Positions 28,072-37,919 are shown, counted from the stretch's first letter. The stretch is 64,000 bases of DNA from an uncultured Verrucomicrobia subdivision 3 bacterium (GCA_903870815.1 CAIQEI010000134.1:51-64050); one strand, 5' to 3'. A program made the numbers and translations. Notes: generated by a model from the sequence alone, not told the origin.

Positions 28072-29913
28072 ATGGCCGGTTTCCTTTCCCCCGCCACCCG
28101 CGAGCAGATCCGCGCCGCCAGCGATATCGTGGACATCATCGGCGCGTATGTGCCGCTGAAAAAAAACGGCGCGAACTTCACCGCGCTCTGCCCGTTCCAC
28201 AAGGAAAAATCGCCGAGCTTCAACGTCAATCCGCACAAGCAAATCTTTCATTGTTTCGGCTGCCACAAGGGCGGCGACGTGTTCACCTTCGTCAAGGACT
28301 ACGAGAACATCGGCTTCATGGACGCCGTGCGACGGCTGGCTGAGCGTGCGAAAATTCCGCTCGAATTTGAAAACACGCCCGGCGCGCAGGAGTCGCGGCA
28401 TCTCAAGGACCAGCTGCTCGACATCCACGACCAGCTCGCGACGCGCTGGCAGAACTGCCTTGCCAACGAGGCCGCCGGCCAACTGGCGCGCGACTACCTA
28501 GCCAAACGCGGCGTGTCGGCGGAGGCGATCAAGCTCTTCCGCCTCGGGGCGGCGCCGGAAGTTTGGGACGACACGGTGAACTGGGCGCGCAGCAAGAGCT
28601 TCGACCTCGCCACCGTCGAGAAGGCCGGCTTGATCATTCGCAAGGAAGAAACGGGAAATTACTACGACCGATTTCGCGGACGGCTGATGTTTCCGATTTG
28701 CGACGAACAAGGCCGCGTCATCGGTTTCAGCGGTCGCGTCTTGTCCGGCGACGAGAAGACCGCGAAATACGTCAACTCGCCGGAGACGCCGATCTTCACC
28801 AAGAGCAAAATCTTCTTCGGACTCGACAAGTCCAAGCGCGCCATCCTGGACGCCGGCTGCGCCATCATCTGCGAAGGCCAGTTGGATTTGATCGCCTGTT
28901 TCATGAACGACGTGCAAAACATCGTCGCCCCGCAGGGCACGGCCTTTACCGAACAGCACGCCCGCATCATCAAGCGCTACGCCAACGAAGTTGTGCTCTG
29001 TTTCGATTCCGACAACGCCGGCCAGAACGCCATCGTGCGCTCACTCGACCATCTGCTCGCCTCCGGCCTCGCCGTGCGCGTGGCCGTCGTTCCTGCGCCG
29101 CATGATCCCGACAGCTTCATCAGAGCCAACGGCGGCGTGGCATTCGGCCAGCTCATCAAAAACGCCGAGGGATTTTTTGACTATTACTTGAATCGGCTCT
29201 GCGCGACGAATGAAATAAATTCCGACAAAGGCCGGCTGGCAATTGTGCGCGCCATAGCTGAGGCCGTACATAAGACGGGCAATGGCGTTTTGATTGACAC
29301 CTACGCGCAAAAGACAGCTCTAAGGTTGGGCGTTGCCGTGGATGCCATGCGTAATGAATTTTCAAAAGACAAACCGCGGAACGCCATCGTCCGTAATGAT
29401 GATGAACTGGAGGATTCTTTCCTCACCGATGAAGCGGAAGCACTAAACCGCCCGTCACAAGAGGAATTCACCTTCATAAAACTACTCCTTGAGAATGACA
29501 ATTTTATCGAATGGCTCTCAAAAATAGTAGATTTCAATTGGCTCCCGTCACATATTTCACAGGAGATTTTCCGGCGACGCATACTATGTTTTGAAACAAA
29601 TTCATGGGCTGGGCTGAACGAATTCTTAGACAAATTTGACGAACCAACTATTCAGTCTTTCATAACAGAATGTTTGACCAAGCCGCTAGTCCCCAATACT
29701 GATGGCTACAAGAACCCAAGAAAAACTGACCTGCCTAATCCCGAAACGCAGCTTGCCGACGTTACATTGAAATTGAGAAATCAATTTCTTGACAATCAAA
29801 TCGCTGCGCTCATGCCAAAGGTTAACCAAGGAACTGTAAGTGAAACAGAGAAGCAGTTATGGTTGAATTTGCGCGCACAGAGGCGCCTGCCCCTTTCCCA
29901 GTTGGAAAAATAA
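28072..29913 (+). CDS. dnaG: DNA primase
   Basis: Zinc finger CPFHKEKSPSFNVNPHKQIFHCFGCHKGGD and TOPRIM region (EGQLDLI, FDSDNAG). The C-terminal third is AT-richer and less conserved. Confidence 0.9.
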   Translation: MAGFLSPATREQIRAASDIVDIIGAYVPLKKNGANFTALCPFHKEKSPSFNVNPHKQIFHCFGCHKGGDVFTFVKDYENIGFMDAVRRLAERAKIPLEFENTPGAQESRHLKDQLLDIHDQLATRWQNCLANEAAGQLARDYLAKRGVSAEAIKLFRLGAAPEVWDDTVNWARSKSFDLATVEKAGLIIRKEETGNYYDRFRGRLMFPICDEQGRVIGFSGRVLSGDEKTAKYVNSPETPIFTKSKIFFGLDKSKRAILDAGCAIICEGQLDLIACFMNDVQNIVAPQGTAFTEQHARIIKRYANEVVLCFDSDNAGQNAIVRSLDHLLASGLAVRVAVVPAPHDPDSFIRANGGVAFGQLIKNAEGFFDYYLNRLCATNEINSDKGRLAIVRAIAEAVHKTGNGVLIDTYAQKTALRLGVAVDAMRNEFSKDKPRNAIVRNDDELEDSFLTDEAEALNRPSQEEFTFIKLLLENDNFIEWLSKIVDFNWLPSHISQEIFRRRILCFETNSWAGLNEFLDKFDEPTIQSFITECLTKPLVPNTDGYKNPRKTDLPNPETQLADVTLKLRNQFLDNQIAALMPKVNQGTVSETEKQLWLNLRAQRRLPLSQLEK

Positions 29914-29968
29914 AATCGGCGTCATCCTCGCGAACGACGCCGGGCATGCCTCGCTTTATTTAATTTAT

Positions 29969-30424
29969 TTATTTCGCGCCCTGGTCAACCCATGCGCGGA
30001 TCAGGCTGATTTCTTCAGGCTGGAGCGGCTTGATACCTTCCTTGTTGTGCAGTGGCGGCATCCAATCCTCCTGGTCCCTCGTAATATGCTCGGTTGATCT
30101 CACCATCAAACTTTTGGTGCTGTCGCCGGGCGTGAGAATTTTGCCTTCCTTGCCGCCCTTGAGCACCCCCTCAAGGGTGTCCAGATGAAGACGGGCCTTG
30201 GCGCGGTTGCCGCTGTGGCAGTCCACGCACGAGGCGTCAAGGATTGGCTTGATGTCGGCGGCATAAGTCACGCCGACCTTAGTGGAAGCAGGAGGCAATT
30301 TGCCGTCGCTAGCGCCGTGGCTTGGAGGCGTGGCAGGCCTGTCGTCATCATCATCCTCGGCTAACGCGACTAATCCCAAATTCATGGCCATGGCAAACAA
30401 GGCAATTGTTACCGGGATTTTCAT
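29969..30424 (-). CDS. Standalone Planctomycete-cytochrome-c (PSCyt1) domain protein, paralog A
   Basis: Signal peptide, CVDCH heme motif, and MPP...L.PEEISLIRAWVDQGA C-terminus. Confidence 0.7.
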   Translation of the reverse strand: MKIPVTIALFAMAMNLGLVALAEDDDDDRPATPPSHGASDGKLPPASTKVGVTYAADIKPILDASCVDCHSGNRAKARLHLDTLEGVLKGGKEGKILTPGDSTKSLMVRSTEHITRDQEDWMPPLHNKEGIKPLQPEEISLIRAWVDQGAK

Positions 30425-30488
30425 CGAAAAATTCGGGTTGATTACTATGGAATCCATCCGGAGAGATTCCGACACCAAAGTGCCAAAA

Positions 30489-30899
30489 TTATTTCGCGCC
30501 CTGGTCAATCCACGCGCGGATCAGGCCGATTTGTTCCGGCGTCAGGGTCTTGATACCGGCCTTGTTGTGGACCGGCGGCATCCAAGCGTCAGGATCCTTC
30601 GTCAGATGCGCGACGGCCTTGATAAGGAAGCTGTTGGCGCTGTCTCCGGGATTCACCACCGGCCCCATTTTGGTCCCTTTGAGCACGCCCGCGAGGGAGT
30701 CCATGCGGAGGTGGGCCTTGGGCCGGTCGCCGGTGTGGCATTTAACGCAGGAGACGTCGAATATTTGCTTGATTTGGTTGGTGTAAGTCACACCAATCTG
30801 GGTTGACACGGGCGGCAGTTTGGCGTCCTGGGCGGACGCGCCGGCGGACGCCGCAAAATTTGCGGCCAAAGTCAGGAGGATGAGGTTAAATGGCTTCAT
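30489..30899 (-). CDS. Standalone Planctomycete-cytochrome-c (PSCyt1) domain protein, paralog B
   Basis: Signal peptide MKPFNLILLTLAANFAASAGASA, CVKCH motif, and MPP...TPEQIGLIRAWIDQGA C-terminus. Confidence 0.7.
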   Translation of the reverse strand: MKPFNLILLTLAANFAASAGASAQDAKLPPVSTQIGVTYTNQIKQIFDVSCVKCHTGDRPKAHLRMDSLAGVLKGTKMGPVVNPGDSANSFLIKAVAHLTKDPDAWMPPVHNKAGIKTLTPEQIGLIRAWIDQGAK

Positions 30900-31010
30900 A
30901 GTTGGTACGGCAATAATCTGTGGCAAAGACCCCGCCGCCGTCAAAAGGTTTCACTAAAAATCTGCATTAGCCGGCTTGCAGACGGACCTGGTTCCGGCAA
31001 AATCAACCCC

Positions 31011-31856
31011 GTGCAAACCGAGAGTCTTTCCGACGCCCTGCTGGTCGTGCTCGGCCACGGCACGGAAATGAACGCGGGTTCCGCCGGGCCGGCCCTGCAA
31101 CATGCGGCGGAACTGCGCCGCCGGAAGATTTTTGCGGAAGTCCGAGCGGCCTTCTGGAAGCAGGAACCGCAAATCAAAGATGTCCTCGCAGAAACAACCG
31201 CGCCGCGCGTTTTCATCGTTCCCCTGTTCATCAGCGAGGGCTATTTCAGCACGGAAATCATTCCGCGGGAACTGGGCTTCAACTTTCCGGACAACTTGAC
31301 ACTCGCCGCTCAGCACTCGTCGCGATTTTACTGCCGTCCCGTCGGCACGCACGAGAGCATGACGAACGTGATTCTATCACGCGCCGCCGAAGTCGTGAAA
31401 CGGTTTCCGTTCCCGCGCGCCCCCAAACCGGCGGAGACGACCCTGTTCATCGCCGGCCACGGCACGGGCCGGAATGCCAATTCGCGCAAGGCGATTGAGC
31501 GGCAGGCCGATTTGATCCGCGCCCGAAATCTTTACGCCGGCGTCCATGACATTTTCATGGAAGAAAACCCGCGAATTGGCGATTGCTATGCGCTCGCGCA
31601 AACGAAAAACATAGTCGTCATCCCGTTTTTCATCAGCGACGGATTGCACGTGGTCGAGGATATCCCGGTATTGCTGGGCGAACCGGAACGACTGGTGAAG
31701 GAACGCCACGCCGCCGGCCAGCCGACCTGGCGCAATCCGACGGAGAAGCAGGGCAAGCTCGTCTGGTATTCGCCATCGGTCGGCACCGAACCGCTCCTGG
31801 CCGACGTAATCTTGGAACGCGTCTATGAATCCTCAAGGAGCGCGGGTGGAAAATAG
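31011..31856 (+). CDS. cbiX: Two-domain CbiX/SirB-type sirohydrochlorin chelatase
   Basis: Duplicated LVVLGHGT...IVPLFISEGY and LFIAGHGT...VIPFFISDGLH blocks. GTG start. Confidence 0.75.
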   Translation: MQTESLSDALLVVLGHGTEMNAGSAGPALQHAAELRRRKIFAEVRAAFWKQEPQIKDVLAETTAPRVFIVPLFISEGYFSTEIIPRELGFNFPDNLTLAAQHSSRFYCRPVGTHESMTNVILSRAAEVVKRFPFPRAPKPAETTLFIAGHGTGRNANSRKAIERQADLIRARNLYAGVHDIFMEENPRIGDCYALAQTKNIVVIPFFISDGLHVVEDIPVLLGEPERLVKERHAAGQPTWRNPTEKQGKLVWYSPSVGTEPLLADVILERVYESSRSAGGK

Positions 31857-31924
31857 AAGATGGCGAAACCTGCCCGCCATCCGCTATCCTCCACCAGCAA
31901 TCCTCACGTTGACGACATTCAATT

Positions 31925-33001
31925 ATGAAAAAGCTCCGAATTGGATTCTTAAGCACCGCCGGCATCGGGCGGAAAAACTGGAAGGCCATTTTCAACTCCG
32001 GCAACAGCGTCGTCGCCGCGGTGGCCAGCCGAGACGCGGAGAAAAGCCGCCGGTTCATCGCCGATTGCCAGCGCGAGTTCGCTTTCACTGAAACTCCGCG
32101 CGCCCTCGGCAGTTATGAGAAATTAATCGCGTCGCCGGACGTGGACGCCATTTACTTTCCGCTGCCGACCGGCCTGCGGCGGGAATGGGTGCAGCGCGCG
32201 GCATACGCCGGCAAGCACATCGTATGCGAAAAACCGTGCGCCGCCAGCGTTGCCGAGCTGGAAGCGATGCTCGCCGCGTGCCGTAAAAATTCCGTGCAGT
32301 TCATGGACGGCGTGATGTTCATGCACAGTCCCCGCATGGCTAAAGTCCGGGAAGTGCTGGAGGACGACAACAGCGTCGGCGAAATCCGGCGGATATCCTC
32401 GGCGTTCAGTTTTTCCTCCAACGAGGACTTTTTCCGCGACAACATCCGCGCCGACGGCACACTCGAACCCGCCGGCTGCCTCGGCGATTTGGGCTGGTAC
32501 AGCATCCGGTTCGCGCTTTGGACGATGAACTGGGAGTTGCCGCGGGAAGTCACCGGTCGGATCCTTTCCCAGTCCGGTGATTTCCCGGACCGACCGTCCG
32601 CGCCATCGGAATTCTCCGGCGAACTGCGCTACGCCAACAACGCTTCCGTGGAATTTTACGCTTCGTTTCTCGCCGCGAAACAGCAGTGGGTTCACGTCAG
32701 CGGCCAGAAAGGCTGGCTGCGCCTGCCGGATTTCATCCATCCGTTCAATAGCTACGAGCCGGCATTCGAGGTGAACGAAAAAATCATCACACTGGCCAGC
32801 GACGTGAAATGTCCGCCGGGCACGGATTCGATGGCGCAGGGCCACCCCACCTCGCAGGACGCGCGGATGTGGCGCAATTTCACGAACCAGATTTTCTCCG
32901 GCAAACTCAACCACGACTGGCCGCTGTGGTCGTTGCGGACGCAAACGGTCTTGGACGCTTGTCTGGCAGCCGGGCGAAATGGATCAGCGGTGAAGCTTTA
33001 A
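31925..33001 (+). CDS. Gfo/Idh/MocA-family oxidoreductase
   Basis: N-terminal Rossmann segment KLRIGFLSTAGIGRKN and the EKP motif (HIVCEKPCA). Confidence 0.8.
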   Translation: MKKLRIGFLSTAGIGRKNWKAIFNSGNSVVAAVASRDAEKSRRFIADCQREFAFTETPRALGSYEKLIASPDVDAIYFPLPTGLRREWVQRAAYAGKHIVCEKPCAASVAELEAMLAACRKNSVQFMDGVMFMHSPRMAKVREVLEDDNSVGEIRRISSAFSFSSNEDFFRDNIRADGTLEPAGCLGDLGWYSIRFALWTMNWELPREVTGRILSQSGDFPDRPSAPSEFSGELRYANNASVEFYASFLAAKQQWVHVSGQKGWLRLPDFIHPFNSYEPAFEVNEKIITLASDVKCPPGTDSMAQGHPTSQDARMWRNFTNQIFSGKLNHDWPLWSLRTQTVLDACLAAGRNGSAVKL

Positions 33002-33060
33002 GCCAAGCTTCAGCCCGGCCCGCAAAACCAGACGACAACCAAAGACAGCGCTTTCGCGCG

Positions 33061-33095
33061 CATTTCCATCTTCCATCTTCCAGCTTCCATCCCCT
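33061..33095. repeat. Intergenic heptanucleotide tract
   Basis: CATTTCC ATCTTCC ATCTTCC AGCTTCC ATCCCCT, immediately upstream of tyrA. Confidence 0.7.
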
Positions 33096-33100
33096 ATCCT

Positions 33101-33991
33101 GTGGCCGTGCAATTTCGGAAAATCACCATCGTCGGCGTCGGCTTGCTCGGCGGCTCGATCGGGTTGGCGGTCCGGCAACGCCGGCTTGCCGGTGAAGTTG
33201 CCGGTTACGTCCGGCGGGCGGTCAGCTTAAAGGACTGTGAAATAACCGGGGCGGTTGACTACGCCACGACTGATCTGCTGGCCGCGGTTTCCAACGCCGA
33301 CCTCGTCATCCTCTGCACGCCACTGGCGCAGATGCGTTCGCTGGCGCAACGAATTCTGCCCGCGCTCAAACGCGGCGCCATTGTCACCGATATCGGCAGC
33401 GTGAAAGCGGATGTGGTTTGCGGATTGGAATCACTCATCAAAAAATCCGGCGCTCATTTCATCGGCAGCCACCCGATGGCTGGCGGCGAAAAAATGGGGG
33501 TGCTGGCCGCTCGCGCCGATCTGTTCGAGGGCGCGATCAACATCCTCACGCCGACCAAAAAATCCAATGCCACCGCCATCCGCAATCTGGAGCGGTTCTG
33601 GCAAGCTCTTGGCACACGAACAATCCGGCTGGACGCGGCGCAGCACGATCTGCTCGTGAGCCGTTCGAGCCATCTGCCGCACGTCGTGGCCGCGGCGCTG
33701 GTGAACCTGGTTTTGAATCCGGCCAGCCCCAAATCGCAGGCAGAACTCTGTGCGACCGGATTTCGCGACACCACGCGCATCGCCTCCGGCTCGCCGGAGA
33801 TGTGGCGGGACATCGCGCTGGCCAACCGCAAGAATCTCGCCCGCGCGCTGGACACGTTCGCGATGGAGTTGAAGAAATTTCAGGAGGCGTTAAAAAGCGG
33901 CGACGCCAAAGCCGTGGAAGCATTCTTCACCAGCGCCAAATCGCGTCGCGACAACTGGTGCGCCTGCCTGGCATCAACTTCGTCGGAATAA
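33101..33991 (+). CDS. tyrA: Prephenate dehydrogenase
   Basis: ITIVGVGLLGGS Rossmann segment and SHPMAG motif. GTG start. Confidence 0.85.
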   Translation: MAVQFRKITIVGVGLLGGSIGLAVRQRRLAGEVAGYVRRAVSLKDCEITGAVDYATTDLLAAVSNADLVILCTPLAQMRSLAQRILPALKRGAIVTDIGSVKADVVCGLESLIKKSGAHFIGSHPMAGGEKMGVLAARADLFEGAINILTPTKKSNATAIRNLERFWQALGTRTIRLDAAQHDLLVSRSSHLPHVVAAALVNLVLNPASPKSQAELCATGFRDTTRIASGSPEMWRDIALANRKNLARALDTFAMELKKFQEALKSGDAKAVEAFFTSAKSRRDNWCACLASTSSE

Positions 33992-33998
33992 ATTCCCG

Positions 33999-35327
33999 AT
34001 GCCGCTACCCGACCTCATCGAAATCGTCCCGCTCGACAAACCGGTGCGCGCGGAAATCACCGTGCCCGGCTCCAAGAGCATCACCAACCGCGCGCTGATT
34101 CTGGCGGCGCTGGCGGACGGCGAGACGGTGTTGAAGGGTGCACTTTGGAGCGAAGACACTCAGATCATGGTCGAATGTCTGCAGGAACTCGGATTCATGG
34201 TAAACGTGGAACCGGAACCAGCGGAAGCGTGCAACCGCACCATCACGGTTTATGGCCAAGGTGGCGCGGTGCCGCGCGGCGGCACGGAAGCGCAGCCGCT
34301 GGATTTGTTCGTGGGCAACGCGGGAACGGCGGCGCGGTTTCTGGCCCCTTTTTTGTGCCTGGGCAGCGGCGTTTACCGGCTGCACGGCGTGCCGCGGATG
34401 CATGAGCGTCCGCAGGCGGCGCTGTTTCAAGCCCTGCGCGAACTCGGCTACCGTGTGGAAGCAGAAAAGGGCAACGACAAGCTACCGGTGAACATTTGGG
34501 GAAAAGCGGAAAGTGGGAAGCGGAAAGCGGGAACGAGGTGCCAAGTCAGCATCGGAGAAAGCTCACAGTTCGCGTCAGCATTGCTGCTTTCGGCGAAGCA
34601 GGGAAATTGGGAGATTGAAATCGTTGGCGAAAACGCTGAGGAATCGCCGTATGTGGCGATGACCCACAAGCTGCTGGAAGCTTTCCCGAAACAAGGCGGG
34701 GTTTTCCAAATTGAGCCAGATGCCAGCAGTGGGAGTTATTTTGCAGGGGCAGGCGAACTTTTGGGAAACCGTGAATGCAGTCCAATAACTGTAGCTGATT
34801 GGCCCACCTCCAATTGGCAAATTGATTCCCAGTTTATTAGCGCATTGCCTTTGCCTCCGGTTCTTTCACGCGGAGGGCAATTGGATAATGGGATTATTCA
34901 GCTTGGAGATAGCATTATGACAGCAATTGTCATGACTCCATGCTCCGTTGAGCCTTGCAAGTTTTTTGACCTCGGCCGCCTGCGCGTACAGGAATGCGAG
35001 CGCGTCGTCGCGTTGCGGACGGAGTTGAACAAGTGCGGCGCGAAAGTGGTCGAGGAAGGCGACACGCTGACAGTCTGGCCGTCGGCCTTGCACGGCGCGG
35101 AGATTGAAACCTACAATGACCATCGCATGGCGATGTGTTTTGCGATTCTGGGATTGAAAGTTCCCGGCATAAAAATTAAAAATCCCGCCTGCGTGAAGAA
35201 GACCTTCCCGAATTTTTTCCAGAAGCTGGCCACGCCGCCGCCGCACGGTTTGGGTGCGGAGATTTGGGAAGTCAAAGACGGCCAGCGCACACGGAAATTG
35301 AGCGGCGATGATTTATTTGCGGATTAA
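33999..35327 (+). CDS. aroA: 3-phosphoshikimate 1-carboxyvinyltransferase (EPSP synthase)
   Basis: PGSKSITNRALILAALA, LFVGNAGTAARF and DHRMAMCFA motifs. Confidence 0.9.
   Translation: MPLPDLIEIVPLDKPVRAEITVPGSKSITNRALILAALADGETVLKGALWSEDTQIMVECLQELGFMVNVEPEPAEACNRTITVYGQGGAVPRGGTEAQPLDLFVGNAGTAARFLAPFLCLGSGVYRLHGVPRMHERPQAALFQALRELGYRVEAEKGNDKLPVNIWGKAESGKRKAGTRCQVSIGESSQFASALLLSAKQGNWEIEIVGENAEESPYVAMTHKLLEAFPKQGGVFQIEPDASSGSYFAGAGELLGNRECSPITVADWPTSNWQIDSQFISALPLPPVLSRGGQLDNGIIQLGDSIMTAIVMTPCSVEPCKFFDLGRLRVQECERVVALRTELNKCGAKVVEEGDTLTVWPSALHGAEIETYNDHRMAMCFAILGLKVPGIKIKNPACVKKTFPNFFQKLATPPPHGLGAEIWEVKDGQRTRKLSGDDLFAD
34503..34537. repeat. Heptanucleotide-periodic tract inside aroA
   Basis: AAAGCGG AAAGTGG GAAGCGG AAAGCGG GAACGAG, encoding KAESGKRKAGT. 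It uses the same GCGGAAA unit as 51891-51911. Confidence 0.7.
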
Positions 35328-35400
35328 ACGCAGCGGCGACCCGGCAGAGCGACGCTGACTGAATAATTTTGCTGCGCTGCCGAGGCGCAGCTACGACAAA

Positions 35401-36072
35401 ATGAATTTGAAAAAACATCCCATGGTCATTGCCATTGACGGCACGAGCGCGAGCGGCAAGAGCACCAACGCCAAGCTCGTGGCCAAGGCGCTCGGCTATG
35501 TTTACGTGGACACCGGCGCGATGTATCGCACGCTGGCGTGGTATTGCCTGCAGAAACACGTCGACGTGCGCGAGGAAAAAGCCGTCGCCGCCGCGTGCCG
35601 CCAGTGGAAAGCCAAGCTGGACTGCCACGTGAAGGACGACCTGCCTTCGATACGGCTGCTGGTGGAGGGCTACTTTCCGGAAAAGGAAATCCGCACGCCA
35701 GAAACCGCCGCCGCCGTGGCGCTCGTCGCTGCCGTGCCGAAGGTGCGCGATTGGATGAAAAAAACGCAGCGCGACTGCATCCAGTTCGGCAACCTCGTGA
35801 TGGAAGGCCGCGACATCGGCACGAATGTGTTCCCGGAGACGGATTACAAGTTTTACCTCGACGCGTCACTGGCCGAGCGTTCCGCCCGCCGCGCCGCCGA
35901 CGGCGTGCACGAAAATCTCGCCGCGCGCGACCAGCGCGACAGCCAGCGCGCCGTTGCCCCGCTAATGATCGCGCTCGGCGCAGTGGTGGTGAACAACTCC
36001 GGCCAGACACCAAATCAGACCAGCGGACTGATCATCGCCGAAATCAAAAAACGCCTCGGCGAAAAACGATAA
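35401..36072 (+). CDS. cmk: (d)CMP kinase
   Basis: IAIDGTSASGKST P-loop and VDTGAMYR. Confidence 0.9.
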   Translation: MNLKKHPMVIAIDGTSASGKSTNAKLVAKALGYVYVDTGAMYRTLAWYCLQKHVDVREEKAVAAACRQWKAKLDCHVKDDLPSIRLLVEGYFPEKEIRTPETAAAVALVAAVPKVRDWMKKTQRDCIQFGNLVMEGRDIGTNVFPETDYKFYLDASLAERSARRAADGVHENLAARDQRDSQRAVAPLMIALGAVVVNNSGQTPNQTSGLIIAEIKKRLGEKR

Positions 36073-36156
36073 GGCAGGATTGACGATGGAGCATGGCATA
36101 ACCAAATCGCGCCGACGGCAGCCCGGCATCCACGTTCCATCCGCCATGCCCGGGTC

Positions 36157-36795
36157 ATGAACTTTTCCTATCGCATTGGCTGGACATGTTTCCGCGCGAT
36201 GTATGCCACCTATTTCCGGTGGCGCGTCTTCGGGGCGGAAAACGTTCCGCTGCAAGGGGGCGTGATTCTGGCCTCGAATCACGCGAGTTTTCTCGATCCG
36301 CCGCTCGTCGGCTCCGGCTTGAAGCGCGATATCAATTACCTCGCCCGCGAAAGTTTGTTTCGTTATCCCGGCATCGGGGCATTGTTGCGTTCGTGGAATT
36401 CCGTGCCAGTTGACCGCGACGGCGGCGGCGCGAAAGGTTTGAAGAAAATCCTCGACCGCTTACTCGCCGGCAGCGGCATCATTTTATTCCCGGAAGGCAC
36501 GCGGACGAAGGACGGCAATCTGCAACCGGCGCGTTCCGGCATTGGCCTGACAGTAATCAAGTCTGCCGCGCCGGTGGTGCCGGTGCGCGTCTTCGGGACG
36601 TTTGAGGCTTATGGCCGGAACCATAAATTTCCGCGGCCGCATCGGGTCACGGTAAAATATGGCCGGCCGATGAGCTTTGAAGCATTGCGCGCGGAGGCGA
36701 AAACCTGCGACAAGACGCGACTTAAAGAAATTTACCAGCAGGTTGCCGACGAAATCATGACGGCGATTGCAAAACTGGAACCAAAGCCGGATTGA
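36157..36795 (+). CDS. plsC: 1-acyl-sn-glycerol-3-phosphate acyltransferase
   Basis: NHASFLDP (HX4D) and FPEGTRT motifs. Confidence 0.85.
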   Translation: MNFSYRIGWTCFRAMYATYFRWRVFGAENVPLQGGVILASNHASFLDPPLVGSGLKRDINYLARESLFRYPGIGALLRSWNSVPVDRDGGGAKGLKKILDRLLAGSGIILFPEGTRTKDGNLQPARSGIGLTVIKSAAPVVPVRVFGTFEAYGRNHKFPRPHRVTVKYGRPMSFEALRAEAKTCDKTRLKEIYQQVADEIMTAIAKLEPKPD

Positions 36796-36879
36796 TTTTC
36801 CGGAGGGACAAGCAAGTCCCTGAAACCAGAAATGATTGGTACTCATGGAACTCACCCCTCCGATTCCCCCCGAAGGGGA

Positions 36880-37212
36880 TCAGATTCCCAAGTCAGAAAG
36901 CGTTTTGCTGATGGCGTTCACAATCTGAACCAGGCGCGGGTGCGACTGTTCAAAGCCGCCGGCGGATGATTGCAGGCCCTTAATGGAAAGCTCGCGCAAC
37001 TCGGGGTTTTGATCCACGCGCGTGGCCTCATGCGCGGACAGCTTGGCAAAGCCGGCAATGCTGTCGGCCTGTTCGCCGTGGGTTTCGGAAAGATTGGCGA
37101 CCTCTGTCTTCAACGTGCCAAGCAGTTTCAGCAGTTCCTTCTTGCGTTCGGCGCTGACGGATTCCGCGCCGCTGATTTTTTCCTCAATCTCGCTGATGGT
37201 TTTTTCAATCAT
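36880..37212 (-). CDS. Small coiled-coil protein (DUF4404-like)
   Basis: 110 aa, helical and charged. ATG 37212 (MIEKTISEIEEKI). Confidence 0.5.
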   Translation of the reverse strand: MIEKTISEIEEKISGAESVSAERKKELLKLLGTLKTEVANLSETHGEQADSIAGFAKLSAHEATRVDQNPELRELSIKGLQSSAGGFEQSHPRLVQIVNAISKTLSDLGI

Positions 37213-37271
37213 GTTCAGAGGAAACTTACCCTGCGTTTTGAATCCGGCAAACAAAATCACCAGCGGCCGAC

Positions 37272-37916
37272 CTAGGGCAAGAGCGGCTGGACGACCTCCC
37301 AAATCTGGGCGCAGACCGCCGCCACCGGCTGCGCGCCGTTGACGAATTTGACGCGCTGCGGTTCGCCCGCCGCGAGGACGCCATAGCCGTGAGCGACCCG
37401 CTCGAAAAATTTCCGGTCCGCCGCCTCGATCCGGTCACGAACAACCGGCAGCGTGGATTGGCGCAAACGGAGCCGCTCGGCGCTGACTTCCGCCGGGACA
37501 TGAAGAAACAACGTCAAGTCCGGTTTCGTTTCGCCGACGGCAAACTCGATGACGGATTTCACCTTGGCCAGGTCCAATTCGCGGCCGTAGCCTTGATACG
37601 CCATCGTGGAATCGTAAAAGCGGTCGCACAAAACAATCTCGCCGGCGACCAGCGCGGGCCGGATGACTTCGCGGACGAGCTGCGCGCGACTGGCGTTCAT
37701 GAGCAGCAACTCGGCCTCGGCGGTCATCGCGTGATTTTGCTCGCTATGCTTGAGCGTATGGCGGATTTCCTCGCCGATGGGCGTGCCACCCGGCTCACGC
37801 AAGGTGCGTACTTGCCGGCCGAGCGCGCCCAGGCGCTCCGCCAGCAGTGCAATCTGCGTGGACTTGCCGCAGCCCTCGGTGCCTTCAAACGTGATGAACA
37901 GGCCTTTCATTTTCAT
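37272..37916 (-). CDS. tmk: dTMP kinase
   Basis: P-loop FITFEGTEGCGKSTQ. ATG 37916 (MKMKGLF); the 126 upstream codons in the track run through a repeat and into cysS. Confidence 0.9.
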   Translation of the reverse strand: MKMKGLFITFEGTEGCGKSTQIALLAERLGALGRQVRTLREPGGTPIGEEIRHTLKHSEQNHAMTAEAELLLMNASRAQLVREVIRPALVAGEIVLCDRFYDSTMAYQGYGRELDLAKVKSVIEFAVGETKPDLTLFLHVPAEVSAERLRLRQSTLPVVRDRIEAADRKFFERVAHGYGVLAAGEPQRVKFVNGAQPVAAVCAQIWEVVQPLLP

Positions 37917-37919
37917 GGG

